A DNA stretch of 64,000 nt from Lingula anatina (taxonomy: Eukaryota > Animalia > Brachiopoda): positions 38,976,788 through 39,040,787 of the forward strand of contig CM120640.1 in assembly GCA_051362555.1 (NCBI GenBank). The letters run 5' to 3'. Both the position numbers and the translations under genes were made by a program. Positions 1 to 11,656 of the stretch are shown here, in pieces (position 1 is the stretch's first letter; each line of letters starts with the position of its first letter). The notes beneath the pieces are model-generated. The model worked only from the letters and a program-made list of their open reading frames with translations, had not been told where the DNA came from and made no database searches.

Positions 1-1682
1 CAAGGTCTCAAAAAAGGGGGGAGAATTCTCCCCTCTGAGCATAAAAGTTGGGGAGATTTTGAGAAATAGTGGGAGATCAGGAAAAATGATATTTTACGTA
101 AAAACATACACTGCTAGTCTGGTATTTTATTAAAGTTCACAAACTGAACTGATTCAACTTTGAAAGTAACTTTACATAGGCAGTATGTATATACAGTTGC
201 AAATGATTTTTTTATAAAGCATCTGCCTCATTATCATAGCAGAGCCAAGAATAATCTCTTAACCAATCGTGTTGAAATTTCTGTGGCACTACTTTCGGTT
301 TCTTTCTTTCAGGCCCTTTGATGGTATTTGGTCTGCAGACCTAAAATTAAAGAAAAGTTAAAATTTTTCCTACTTACAAACTTGTAATTTCTGGAACCAG
401 ACACCACAATCCAAAAGAATTTTTAGGTTTTGATGATTAATCATGACTTAATTAACACTTTTATCAGGAAAAATTGCATAATAGTGTTTGGGAAGGACAT
501 TTTTATCTTTGATTTATCAGTTTCACAATATTGACTACTTTTTAAAATAAAGGCTAAAGTAAAAAATATAGGTCACACATTTGATTGAGTGCATTCTATG
601 AAAATATCCTTGATTAGGAGGCCCTAACTTTTTTTTTTCAAATTACTAATTAGTATCCTCACACACATATACAGAGGAATAAACATATCAGAAACAGGCC
701 TCCTTACTTCTTCATTAAAGTTAAACATTTCCTTTTTTTCAAATTTTTATTCTCACACACACACACACACACATATATACACTATAGAGTGATAGGAATA
801 AACATATCAAAAACGGGCCTCCTTACTTTTTAAACTTCTTTTTCATATTATCATACTCACATATAGAGGAATAAACGTATCAAAAACGGGCCTATTACCT
901 TTTTTTTTACTTTCTTTCACATTTTCAAACGAAGTGTCAAGTGTCCTTCCAAAACGTAAAATAAAAATGCCACGGAATGAACATACCTTTATCGTCAACG
1001 AACTGTCATTTTCATCTGGAGTCGCAACTTCAGAAATTTGTTTCTTCCTTTTCTCAGACTTGTCAGGCGGAGAGACGGATTCATCTGAGGGGGGATTAAC
1101 AGGAGTCTGACCTGATTTTTCACCGCTTGCCGTAGACTTTGGCATAAAGCTTAAAATCGATCTTTGTTTTTTAACTTTCGTTTCGGCGAGGAAGCCGCCA
1201 TTTTAACCACGCTTCATCAGGCTGAATATCACTGTCACGCCGTCTATCATTTGGTTGACTATCTCGCGAAATGAGAGAACCGCTCAATCGCTCAACTAAC
1301 TTTAGTGCAGCGGAGTCACACGAGGATTGCCGATTGGACTGTAGTCATGAAGAGGTACTATTGATATTACGACAACAAATGACGACGCTGCTTGAAACGA
1401 TCTCTTACGAGGGTACATCGGAAACACACACATGACGACGTTAGCTACACTGTGTTAACAAGTCAATGCAGCGGACGATGCGAAGAAATTTATACCGGTG
1501 ATGATTATTTAGATAAACAATTTTAGACGCCACTCTCAATGTGTCTTTTATCATCTCAAGAACAATGATAGCACCCTCACTCGGTTTGTATGCGAGAATT
1601 TTCGCATCTTTGGTAATTTTTGTGCGAGAATTTTATTTTTTTGGCGAGAATCTCGCAGAATCGCGGCCTCGGCAGAACCCTG
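1..1682 (-). mobile_element. Internally deleted hAT-type DNA transposon in an ERCC6L intron
   Basis: Right end ...GGCAGAACCCTG (reverse complement CAGGGTTCTGCC, hAT-like), with subterminal GCGAGAA/GGGAGA repeats at both ends. Two remnant exons (1201/1145-987 and 340-212) encode ...KFQHDWLRDYSWLCYDNEADAL*, the start of a TTF-type zinc finger of hAT transposases. The other TIR probably lies just outside the window. Confidence 0.65.
212..1201 (-). pseudogene. Truncated, frameshifted hAT transposase (N-terminus plus partial ZnF-TTF)
   Basis: Exon A ends ATAAAG|GTATGT at 987 (phase 0). Exon B starts TTTTAG|GTC at 340 (phase 0) and stops at 214-212, before the CxxC. Adding one A to the A6 run near 1170 restores MAASSPKRKLKKQRSILSFMPK. 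Confidence 0.6.
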
Positions 1683-2152
1683 CTTTTAGCTTGATCATAC
1701 ATATTCCCTGATATCACATGGTGCTCCTAAGTCAATTGAAAGGTAGCCACACAAATGATACCAGGGGACAGGCAAGATATCCTTTAGAAGACAGACATGA
1801 TAACCGTCAGACTAAAACTGGATGAAGATCCCCCGCTATTGATGCCTGATGCACATACTATGTGCTGTACATTAACCAGCCTGTTTACTGCATAAACAAG
1901 GCTGATTAAAATATACAGGACATAGGAAGTACAATTTCTTCTTCTTGTGTCTTCAAGGAACCTGTTCCACATGATGAAGTAGTTTTGAAATTACAGTGAC
2001 CAGTTCTTAATAATTTCTGACACAAAATAGAATTACCATTAGAATTATGATTTCTACAAAATAAATATAAATAAATAACAATTATAAAATAATAATAAAG
2101 TGATAAAATAACCCCCCCCCCCCCCCCCCCCAGCCTCAAGCTCTCCTCTTAC

Positions 2153-3858
2153 CCCATGTCATCTCCCAATATTCCTCCCTTTTTCTTCTGATATAAACTC
2201 CACATCCACAGCAGCCCCTGCTTCTGATGTGGGTACAATTTATTACACAGAGCCTTGTAGAGATAGAACCCCTTGCCTATGTGGATCATGTCAGATTCTT
2301 CTGAGGCATCCCCACTGTCTTCATGGTCACGGATGTATGCCTGCAAAGACCACAGATTTGAAGATCAATTTTGGCTTAAAGTGTGCTCATTTGTTTTTAC
2401 TTTCTATTATACTAATTTTATAACTTATATGTTATGCTAATTTTTTTAAATGTTAAATTGATAAATTCACTATAAGCTAAAATTCTACATTGAATTACTT
2501 CAAGAACTAAGTTTAAAAATTACCTGGATAAAAACACTGTTACTTTAACCAATATTGATTGATTGTAAAAAAAATAAAAAAAAAAACTACATTTCAAGCC
2601 AAAACAGTCTACTGAAAAAAGTTGTCTATGCAGAGATAACAAAATACCTCCATTTTAGTAATCTTTTTCTGCAGTTTCTCTTTTGGGTCAATTCTGTATG
2701 CTTTTTTGTAGTATTCCAATGCAGCCCCCAGCTTGCCTTGACTAACTTTTTCCTTGGCTCTGCTGATAAGCTTATTAAAATATAGTTGCTTATTCTTTTC
2801 TGAGTGAGTTTGAGGACCATGGCTTTCAGAGACTTGTATATTTCCATTGCCACATTCTGTAAATGAAAAAGAAAATACATAAAAATAGAATAATATTAAT
2901 AATAAAGTCCTCAACTTATAAGCAAAAAATAGCACTAAGTATGGATTCCTATTATTATTATCCTCCTTTTTCTTTAAATTATAATCAGTCCAACTAAGTG
3001 TCTCTAAGGCCATACTTTGCTTTAACTGGCTAAAGCAGAAAGGCATACTTATTCCCTTTTCCTTTATAAACCTTCCACAAAAAAATATCTGATCAGTGGC
3101 AATAGTTTGGATACAGCAAAAGGCTATCACAGGGAAAAAATCCACATAAAAAACATGTTTATACTGTATTATACATGTTAAGTACCTGGGAGATACATTT
3201 TCTGACAAAATATACAATGTGACATCAAACAAAAAATAACCCTAACAAAATTAGAAACATTTTGTATTTCAAAAGCAACATTTTAAATAAATGTATACTT
3301 TGAAGTGGCAAACACCTGTAAGAGGCTCTCTCTTCTTCAGACCTCCAGGTGATAAAGGATCCACAATTTCCATCTCCATGCTCTTCTGAAAGCTGCAGCC
3401 ACCCTGTATACGTAGTGACTGTGTCTGTGGATAGCCCTATTATGTAAAATACAGACCACAACTTTGATTTTCATATAAAATGGCACCTTTCTTTAGTTGC
3501 AATGCCATCTGTGTCTATTTTATTTCTCAGTAAATTATCTGACATAAAATACCACTTACTACATTTATAACGAATGTACACTTTATATAAGCTAAGGCAT
3601 ATTGTAAAACCAAATTAGAATCGTTATTTCATTCTACCTTACAGTGATGACTCGTCGAGGGTTAAAATCAGTAATGCTTCCCCACAATACAAACAAATTC
3701 AAAATAAAATAGAACAAAACATTTAAATATTACCTCACACAAACTGACATTAACGTAATGAACACTGAATCGATACCAGAAGATCTGACCTCTTCGCTTG
3801 TAAAACAGATTTTTAACGGAATTTCAAAATTGGAAAACAGCCAAAATTTGTGCGCCAT
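2153..3858 (-). CDS. ERCC6L: DNA excision repair protein ERCC-6-like (PICH), SNF2 translocase; 5' part only
   Basis: GT-AG exons on minus: 3858-3790 (ATG in AAAATGGCG, phase 0), 3403-3316 (phase 1), 2856-2648 (phase 0), 2340-2153 (phase 2). Translation gives a TPR-like helix pair (YFNKLISRAKEKVSQGKLGAALEYYKKAYRIDP...KLQKKI) followed by LYPHQKQGLLWMWSLYQKKKGGILGDDMG (SNF2 Q-motif and start of motif I), the N-terminal layout of PICH. The LGKT exon is not in the window. The first exon/start codon is less certain (alternative ATG in exon 2). Confidence 0.88.
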
Positions 3859-5440
3859 TTTCCCCACCACTACGATTTTAACAAAATCCCAATAGCTTCG
3901 CGATCAAAAAAGCCCCGACGATCAAGAGCCAGTCTCTTAAGCTTAACCACTTTCTCAAAAACATAACTTAAAAAACTTACGTATGTCACCTTCTTATCTG
4001 ACAATGCTTTCTCACAACTTCGAAGAGCTACTCCGTTGCCTACAATATCCCATCTTGCCGCCTCTTTGAAATGAGCGCGAACAGGTAACCCACGTGATGT
4101 AGATGTCACTGTGTCACAAGAAAGGCTGGATTTCGCGTGTTGAGTATTCTCTTTTGATTTACACAGCGCCTTAAGAAATTCATGGAAATTAATATGATCG
4201 TGTTTAATCTATAGTGAATTTAATTTATAAAATACTGGTGTAATAAATAAACAAATCTGTTGTGATAATTATAGCTTAAACTTTCTGAGTAAATACGCCG
4301 ATCAGACACGACCAGAGCAAACAAGGCCTGCGGATGTGATGCCATATTGCATCAAGTGGGATTTGGTCTCAACTGAAGGTTGTGTTTTATGACAAGGGTC
4401 CTTTTTTAATCACACGTTATTCACGTTTAATCACACTTATATGTGTCGCATCTTTTGGTAGATCGACAATTTTCAGCCGCACCTGACACGACGAGTCAGC
4501 AGGATTAATTTTTTGAATTGGTCTAAATTATTTAATGGGGAGCGCCCCCTTCACCCCACCCCACCCCCTCAGAAAAATGACCAAAAGAGAATAATATGCA
4601 ATATATTCGAATTCTAAGAATCTTTTTAGCGTAATTTGGCTACCCCGAACGGGACCAGTGAACTAAGAAGCATGTTGAGACTGTTAGATTTGTACAATTA
4701 TTATGACACAAGTATAATTGCCATAGACTTAAAGGCCCTACATACTAACCGAGCATCGGTGGAGCGTGGATTCCCAGTAACACATGTTAACCACTTCTAC
4801 TAGTTTCTTATACGACTCAAATAAATTTGACATGCCAAGGGATAAACTGAATACATCACTCTATCAGCCATAAAAGTGCTTTAGACTGCTCCTTTCTTTA
4901 AATTTTTGGTCGGAAATTTAACCTACTTTCGTGACCTACTTTTCTGCCCCATTGACATACAGCATAGAATGCTAGCAGAAAAATCTGTTCAAACATCATT
5001 TTTGGGTCAAATTAAACAATGCCTTTTGGTAATTCTCTTAGTTATACTACTTGAAACTATATGCTGACATTTGGTTGGTTTCTGTGGCAAAAAATCGACT
5101 TTGTATGCATCTTTAAATCATAATATATTGACCAAACATCTGTATTCTAGTAGGCTCCCTAGATGAAGCGACGCGTAGGGCTTAACACATTCAATCGCCG
5201 CTGAAAATTATGCAATTGTTGACCTAAGTAGGTCTATTCCTGAGACACCCTATTTAAAACCGTTTATATCAGGAAAACGTTGCACTAGGCAGACTTCCCT
5301 CTAGTGAATTTCCTTATGTTCGAAAGCGGACATACGTAGGGAGTGTAGCCTAGTGGAGAACCTCGAAACATGCACTTGTTTATATGGTGATGAAAGAGAG
5401 CACTACTGGCGTAATTACTACCGTCTCGAGTGGACACATA

Positions 5441-5655
5441 CACCCCATTCTCATAGATTAGATCGACCTACATTGGATCGACCTAACTCCCTGGGGGTTC
5501 ACGCTAAATAGCTGTCAGCCGGGCGGACACGAAAGTTAATTACCCCTTAAAGCTTGTAGTAGGCGGGGACGGACACTTAAGGGGGATTATCTGACAGTAA
5601 TCTAGTGAGACTCCCCGCAGTGATAGATCGATCTAAAAGTTGTGAGAACAGAGCC
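5441..5655 (+). mobile_element. Diverged copy of MITE family B (PIF/Harbinger-like)
   Basis: Shares the core GATCGACCTAACTCCCTGGGGGTTCACGCTAAA...GACAGTAATCTAGTGAGACTC with 10163-10387; degenerate TIRs; flanked by ATA/ATA. Confidence 0.7.
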
Positions 5656-7229
5656 ATAGACTACCGGGATGAAATATGGGAGAGAAAATCGAGGAAAGAC
5701 ATTCTGCAAGCTTGGTTGAACAACACTTAATTCTGTTTCACTATACATTGTAAAAAATGCACAGCGAAACAGAAAAAATAATGTTATTGATTTTAATGAT
5801 ATACTGGTATTAAAATGTGCAAATCGATGAGATGATCACAAAAATATGAACATTTTCAATCATTAACCACAAACATAAACTAACACAGTTCAATTGCAGA
5901 ACACTTAACATGAGAAAAATGTGAACTTATCTGACTTGAAATTGCTATTTTCCTTTAAGTTTTATTCACTTGTGTCTGTATGGGTCTGATGGGAGGGCAA
6001 TGACCCAAGTGCAAATATAAACTTTAGTATTCGTCACTATACAAATCTATTTCTGGATCAAACGTTGGACAACCGTTCTTGAACATGTAGCGCACACCTG
6101 TCTTGCTTTGACGGCATTTCCATCCTTTTTTCAGTATTAACAATAAGCGGAGTCGGGCTGCCATAGGTTATTTTGAAAGGAATAAAAGTGTTTACACACC
6201 GTGTTCTGGTCTAAAAATTATTTCAACAACACAGTCGATTTTTTTAACATTTTGTATACCCTACAAAATGACATTGTTTAAAGACTCTATTTACTTAAGC
6301 ATGCCCTTCTTTTATGATTTTTGTTTGCATAAACTCCCCGTCGATATTGCAGTCATTTGCCCTGTCCCCTCCTTTTTTAACTGTGATTTTTAGACGGGCG
6401 AAAACTTGATCTTTGACTCGCACCCAGGGTTGTGCACCAAGTATCCACGGAGGTTTTCTGTACAAAAAAACATGATACGCGTATAGAGAATAGGGGTCTA
6501 AACTCTGCAGGGTACCGGTGTAAGACTATTATGATTGTAGAATAAAGTTGGAATATTTATATCCTTTGTTTTTACCCTTAAGACGTCTATGGTAATTCAT
6601 CTTTGTCGGCAAAACGGTGCATAGAGTGCACCTGCAGAATTAGCAGTTTTCATTTCGTTCCTTCTCAAAGTTAATGGAGTAGGCTACTGCTTCCTTGTAG
6701 TCGCTTCAATTAGCACCCTTTTTTCGTGAAAATCATAACTATAAATACGCCCTAAGCAAAAAGTATTTGGTCCAGTTATTATTATTTTTTTCGATCTGAG
6801 AGGAAACAAAGCTGTGCCCCCTGCTGTTTGAGGTGACTAGGTAAAACAAGCGGTCTCAAAATACGATTGCATCGATATTGCACAAACCTTACACGGATGA
6901 TAACTGTACTAAACGGAATATTTTTCATAAGTATTTTATTATAAGGATTGGGATAAGGATATTTTGTACATATGTCTGTATATAGTTTATTAAACAAAGA
7001 GAAACTCCAGTTCACCAAGCGTAGGCTGTACTTAGGCCTTCGTTTGTTCGTGTTCCTAATCGCAGTTGTAAAGGAAGGTGGATTTAATCACGATACTTTA
7101 AAATACGCCCTTCACTGAAGTGCCGCCAACGGCAAACTGAAAGGTTTTTCTAAAGATATATAATAGTTATGCGGGTAAGTATCATCCGTAATGTATTGAG
7201 CTGTTCCGTGTCAGTGCGGCCTTATCAGA

Positions 7230-7775
7230 GAGCGCATTCTCAACGAATTAAGCCAGGCTTTACAAAGCCGGTGACCTAAAAATGGCGGACGTACATGAAA
7301 GAAAAACCGCCTAATCTTTTAATAGTCTCTCCGCCTCCCCACACGTCGTCCCTGCGGGGTACAGTAATTAAATCGCGTCTCCGTTCGCCATGCGGAAGCT
7401 ACCTGAGAAATATTAAGTGCGCATGCTCATCAGTTAAACTCTTGGTGAAGAAAGCATGGCGGCTGAAGGCGATCGAAGGAAAAAAGCTCTTCTGTTCTAT
7501 TATCTTTGAAAACAGAGACGAAAAAGGAATAATTTGGCCCGTAGAGCAGCAATGAATCGACTATCTACGGAGATAATATCACCAGAGATATTCACGGAAA
7601 TATTAATGTTCGGAGCCGAGATTTAATTACTGTACCCCGCAGGGACGACGTGTGGGGAGGCGTGTGAGAGGCGGAGAGACTATTAAAAGATTAGGCGGTT
7701 TTTCTTTCATGTACGTCCGCCATTTTTAGGTCACCGGCTTTGTAAAGCCTGGCTTAATTCGTTGAGAATGCGCTC
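7230..7775. mobile_element. Fold-back MITE with ~155-bp TIRs (superfamily unclear)
   Basis: GAGCGCATTCTCAACGAATTAAGCC... at 7230 and its reverse complement ending at 7775; near-perfect arms with one small indel; AGA on both flanks. Confidence 0.85.
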
Positions 7776-9612
7776 AGAGAAGGTAACTTAGCCCTGCTGC
7801 TTATAAGTGTTCAGTTTAATTCCTTTGTAGAGTTGTACTTAATCTACATTTTTTTTTCAAAATGCCTGAGGTCCACTAGAGCGTGCAATGGGCAATGACC
7901 TACCCAAGGCTATATATAGGTCATAGCTTCGGACAATCAATAAATCCGCACTGGACACTTGGATACCGCGCATACCGTTGACAGGCATGTGCGCACGCTC
8001 GCGCGCGCACACACACCCATACACACCCACACACACACAGTCAGGTGTGATGTTATTGAAGGTTTTATACAAATATCGGTTGTGTCAGGAATAGTGGTAT
8101 GGTTGTGAAATCATTAGATTTGATCTTTTCAATAGTTGCTACGCACCGTCTTTTTAGTAGGTTTAAATTGACTTTCGTCATACCATCTTTGCTCTAGTGT
8201 TATTTTAAAGGATCGTCTTACTTCAACCTTTGATGCTCCAGCATTAGTATTAAATGTTAATTACGGTTATCGTAAACTTTATCAACTTTGATTTATCAAG
8301 CATATTATTTCCTTTATTTAACATGAAAAGAACTGCCGCTATTTAAGGCGAGTTTACAATCAAGTTCCTTCAACTCTTCTCGGTACACAAATCCAACTTG
8401 CCCCTCTGGTGGCGTGTCATGCCCACCAATCTGATGTCGTCGGCCGGGAAAACCTTGGGCGAATAAAAAATATTATTTTTATTAGTCCAGAGGACGACAG
8501 GCGCATTTCCTTTGATATCTATGTTGACCTTAGCATAGTAAAACGGTCCGCAGAGCTCGGTGGCATCAAAAAGCGTCGAACCAACTTGGATGCAAACCCA
8601 CCTCCAGTCTACATTCTGTCTTTTGGATTCAGTTTGATAACCTGTAGCAGTATCACCAATGCAGTATCACCAAACTTCCAATAGTTTATGGCTAGTGTTT
8701 TCTAAAATTCAATCATGTCATAATCATTTATTTTCAAAATTCAAATTTAAGCAATTGTGATAATGATGCTGTGTTGCAACATATCATACTTGCAAAAAGA
8801 GTAATACTTTTTTGAGACAGCATGATAAAAGAGGACAACAATAATCTGAAATGTAGCATACTCTACACTAAACAGCGCAGAGGAGAAAAGAAATGAAATG
8901 AGCAAGACCCCCTCGAGGCTGTGTGCCGTGTTGAACGGTTGTTGAAGAGGCCCGTTGACACTGCCGTGCCTTGATACTATTTTCTAAGGTTTGAATTGCT
9001 TTTCAATGAATAATGATGTGCGGCGCTGGGGTACTTGAATGGAACAAAAACTATCAGTTCTCGCTAACACAAAAAGCAGGATTTTTGCCCTGCGCCAAAA
9101 GGACTTCTGCAGCACTTGTGGTGTACAGCACAAGTTATAGAATGACTTGACTACTTTTGAGTGTTCAAACTTCAATAGATGAAAAATAGGAAATGAGACA
9201 GAAAAAAATATATATCGGTACGACTAGGTCTCGTGCGCATTAGGTGATGAGTGGAAAACTTCATATTCATATCTTTCGTTTTTCCATGAAGTTCATGAAA
9301 TTTCATCTACTTGAACACAATTCTAGACGTTTCTGTCAGAGATATCATATTAAATTTGCTGTTTGGAAACCGAACATGAAATTGCTGATTGAAACTCGAT
9401 TTTTTTGGTGTCAAAATGATGTAAGAAACTCGTATACTTCTAAAATGAATGATAACAAACTGTTATTTCAATGAGCGACGATTAGAGGGTGCGTGCAGAA
9501 GTCTACACATAGTATTCATTTGTTAGGGCAGACATGTTATCAAGATCTTACCATCTTTCCCTTACGAAAATTTCCTCTGGATCGTCCTGTAGGACCCTAT
9601 GGGACTCTATAA

Positions 9613-9835
9613 GACTCCGTTCACATGAAAAATCTATTTTCTAAAAATATATTTTCTTTTCGCGGTATCTTGTGATCACTCCGAGCGCAGCCGAGAATTA
9701 ATTACAGCTTGGAAGTAACTGGCTCGCCCTGCCAGTAATTACGCCGCGGGGTATTCAGGACACAGACCGTGATCACAAGATACCGTGAATAGAAAATAGA
9801 TTTTTAGAAAATAGATTTTGCATGCGAACGGAGTC
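9613..9835. mobile_element. MITE family A (PIF/Harbinger-like)
   Basis: ~65-bp TIR GACTCCGTTCACATG...; TAA TSD (9610-9612, 9836-9838); homologous to 19674-19931 and 30858-31081. Confidence 0.9.
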
Positions 9836-9838
9836 TAA

Positions 9839-10062
9839 GACCCCATTTCCATAGATTTAAGATCGATCTATCCCTGTGGGGAGTCTCACTAGATTACTGT
9901 CAGCTTAGCCGGCTTAAGCGTCTGTCCCGCCTACTAAAAGCTGTAAGGGGGTAACTAACTGGGTGCGCGCTCGGCTGACTGCAATTTAGCGTGAACCCCC
10001 AGGGAGTTAGGTCGATCTAAATCTTAATCTCTGGATCGATCTAAATCTCTGGGAATACACCC
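9839..10062 (-). mobile_element. MITE family B (PIF/Harbinger-like)
   Basis: Imperfect TIRs GACCCCATTTCCATAGATTT / AAATCTCTGGGAATACACCC; TAA TSD; near-identical inverted copy at 10163-10387. Confidence 0.9.
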
Positions 10063-10162
10063 TAAGACTTTTACCGGACGTCCTATAGGATTCCTATCTA
10101 CAGAACATATGCCCCATAGGACCCTTTACGATTATTGGTCCATTTCCTATAGAGTGCTATAA

Positions 10163-10387
10163 GGGTGTGTTCCCAGAGATTTAGATCAATCCAGAGATTA
10201 AGATTTAGATCGACCTAACTCCCTGGGGGTTCACGCTAAATTGCATTCAGCCGAGCGCGCACCATAGTTAATTACCCCCTTACAGCTTTCAGTAGGCGGG
10301 ACAGACGCTTAAGCCGGTTAAGCTGACAGTAATCTAGTGAGACTCTCCACAGGGATAGATCGATCTAAAATCTATGGAAATGGGGTC
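10163..10387 (+). mobile_element. MITE family B (PIF/Harbinger-like)
   Basis: TAA TSD (10160-10162, 10388-10390); reverse complement of 9839-10062. Confidence 0.9.
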
Positions 10388-10698
10388 TAAGACACTATAG
10401 AATGTCCTATAGTATTCTTTGGCCAATTTCCTATAGAGTGCTATAAGACACAATAGGATGTCCTATAGTATTCTTTGGCCAATTTCCTATAGGACCCTAT
10501 AGGAAGTTTCTGTTAGGGTTTGTCCACTTCCTAACTACCAGTTACTCGCATTGATTCAAATAGTGACCCTCTTTTTTAACAGAGCAGAATGATTAGGTTA
10601 GTCGATGCCTTTCTGCGGGATAGGATGATATCAAACATAGGCAAGGTCGACTCTTGCGTTAAGTAGGGCAGTTTACAGAACTATCCCTGGTTTGGTCG

Positions 10699-10872
10699 TA
10701 CCCTCTACCAGGGCGATATATTGATTTTTCACAGATATTCACAGATATGTCTCTAGATAAATAGACAGTCATTTTGGTCTGATGTCAGCAAGAAATGTCC
10801 ACAATAATAACTGCGACCCTGGTAGAGGGCAAGACATGTCCACAATAAAAACTGCGACCCTTGTAGAGGGTA
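10699..10872. mobile_element. Mutator-like MITE
   Basis: TIR TACCCTCTAC / GTAGAGGGTA; perfect 9-bp TSD GTTTGGTCG (10690-10698, 10873-10881); the right end is internally duplicated. Confidence 0.8.
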
Positions 10873-11419
10873 GTTTGGTCGCATGAAAAGGGTTCCTGGT
10901 GCGGAAAGAAAAAGATGAGGGCGGGTCAAGTTGTGCTGTGCGCTATCTTAAGCCTCCTTTATAAGTTACATCATATATTAAAACATATCGATTTTCATCT
11001 ATCCAGAATTTGTACAATGAAGTTTTAAGGAGTCATATAAACTGGACCCCAATCTAATAGTATGGATCAATACAACTACCAAACAAAAATTGCCCTAAGT
11101 AACAGCACGTTACTATTATTCCTAAAATTTTGTTCAAAATGTCCATTGACAAAGATGTTGCCGTCCAACGCAGATATTGTTCGGGGAATTTGCTATAGGT
11201 ATAATGCGATAGTTAAGATATTATATTTCTCTTGTAGCACTTAAGCGGATTTTTGTCTAGATAAAGGCTATATTTCTTTCGACAATTTTATCTCTTTCTT
11301 ATTTTTAAGGTCAGCCAAGAAGATTTTCGAAAATTATGCCGTAGATATTTATGTATTTTGTTTTCTGGACTGAAAAAATCTACAACTGGTAGTAAATGCA
11401 CGACGTGAGCCATCGGTAA

Positions 11420-11656
11420 AGCCTAGGTCCCAACTACGTTTTGGACGCACGGTTTTTAGGTTCCTTGCGTCCGGCTAGGACGTAGATAGATCACACGTAG
11501 CGGCTGTTGATCATGTCGAAAAGTTTCTACGTGCTGTTTGCGTCCTCCAAAAGTCGCACGATGGACGTACTCCTCACGCACGAACTCCCACGTTTTCCCC
11601 ATTTTTTGGTCGTAGACCACACGTAGCAGCCCGTACGTTCGTTTGTGACCTAGGCT
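11420..11656. mobile_element. PIF/Harbinger-like MITE (family D)
   Basis: TIR AGCCTAGGTC(C/A)CA; TAA TSD at 11417-11419 and 11657-11659. Confidence 0.8.

Larger units (their letters stand above)
9559..10518. mobile_element. CACTA/EnSpm-like non-autonomous element hosting three MITEs
   Basis: Ends CCCTTACGAAAATTTCCT / AGGAAGTTTCTGTTAGGG, 2-bp TT flanks, many internal CCTATAG subrepeats; interrupted at TAA sites by MITEs. Confidence 0.6.

Noticed and set aside
2609-3232. 207-aa ORF as a stand-alone gene
   Set aside because: Only 2856-2648 is exonic (ERCC6L); the rest is intron read-through.
4050-4092. Head-to-head gene exon opposite ERCC6L (ACAG|GTAACC)
   Set aside because: No downstream exons or coding signal found.
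7295-7555. 86-aa ORF
   Set aside because: It lies inside a fold-back MITE and has no recognisable domain.
8050-8690. Coding-like decayed sequence on the minus strand (possible viral or transposon relic)
   Set aside because: Multiple stops and no motif I can identify; needs tblastx.
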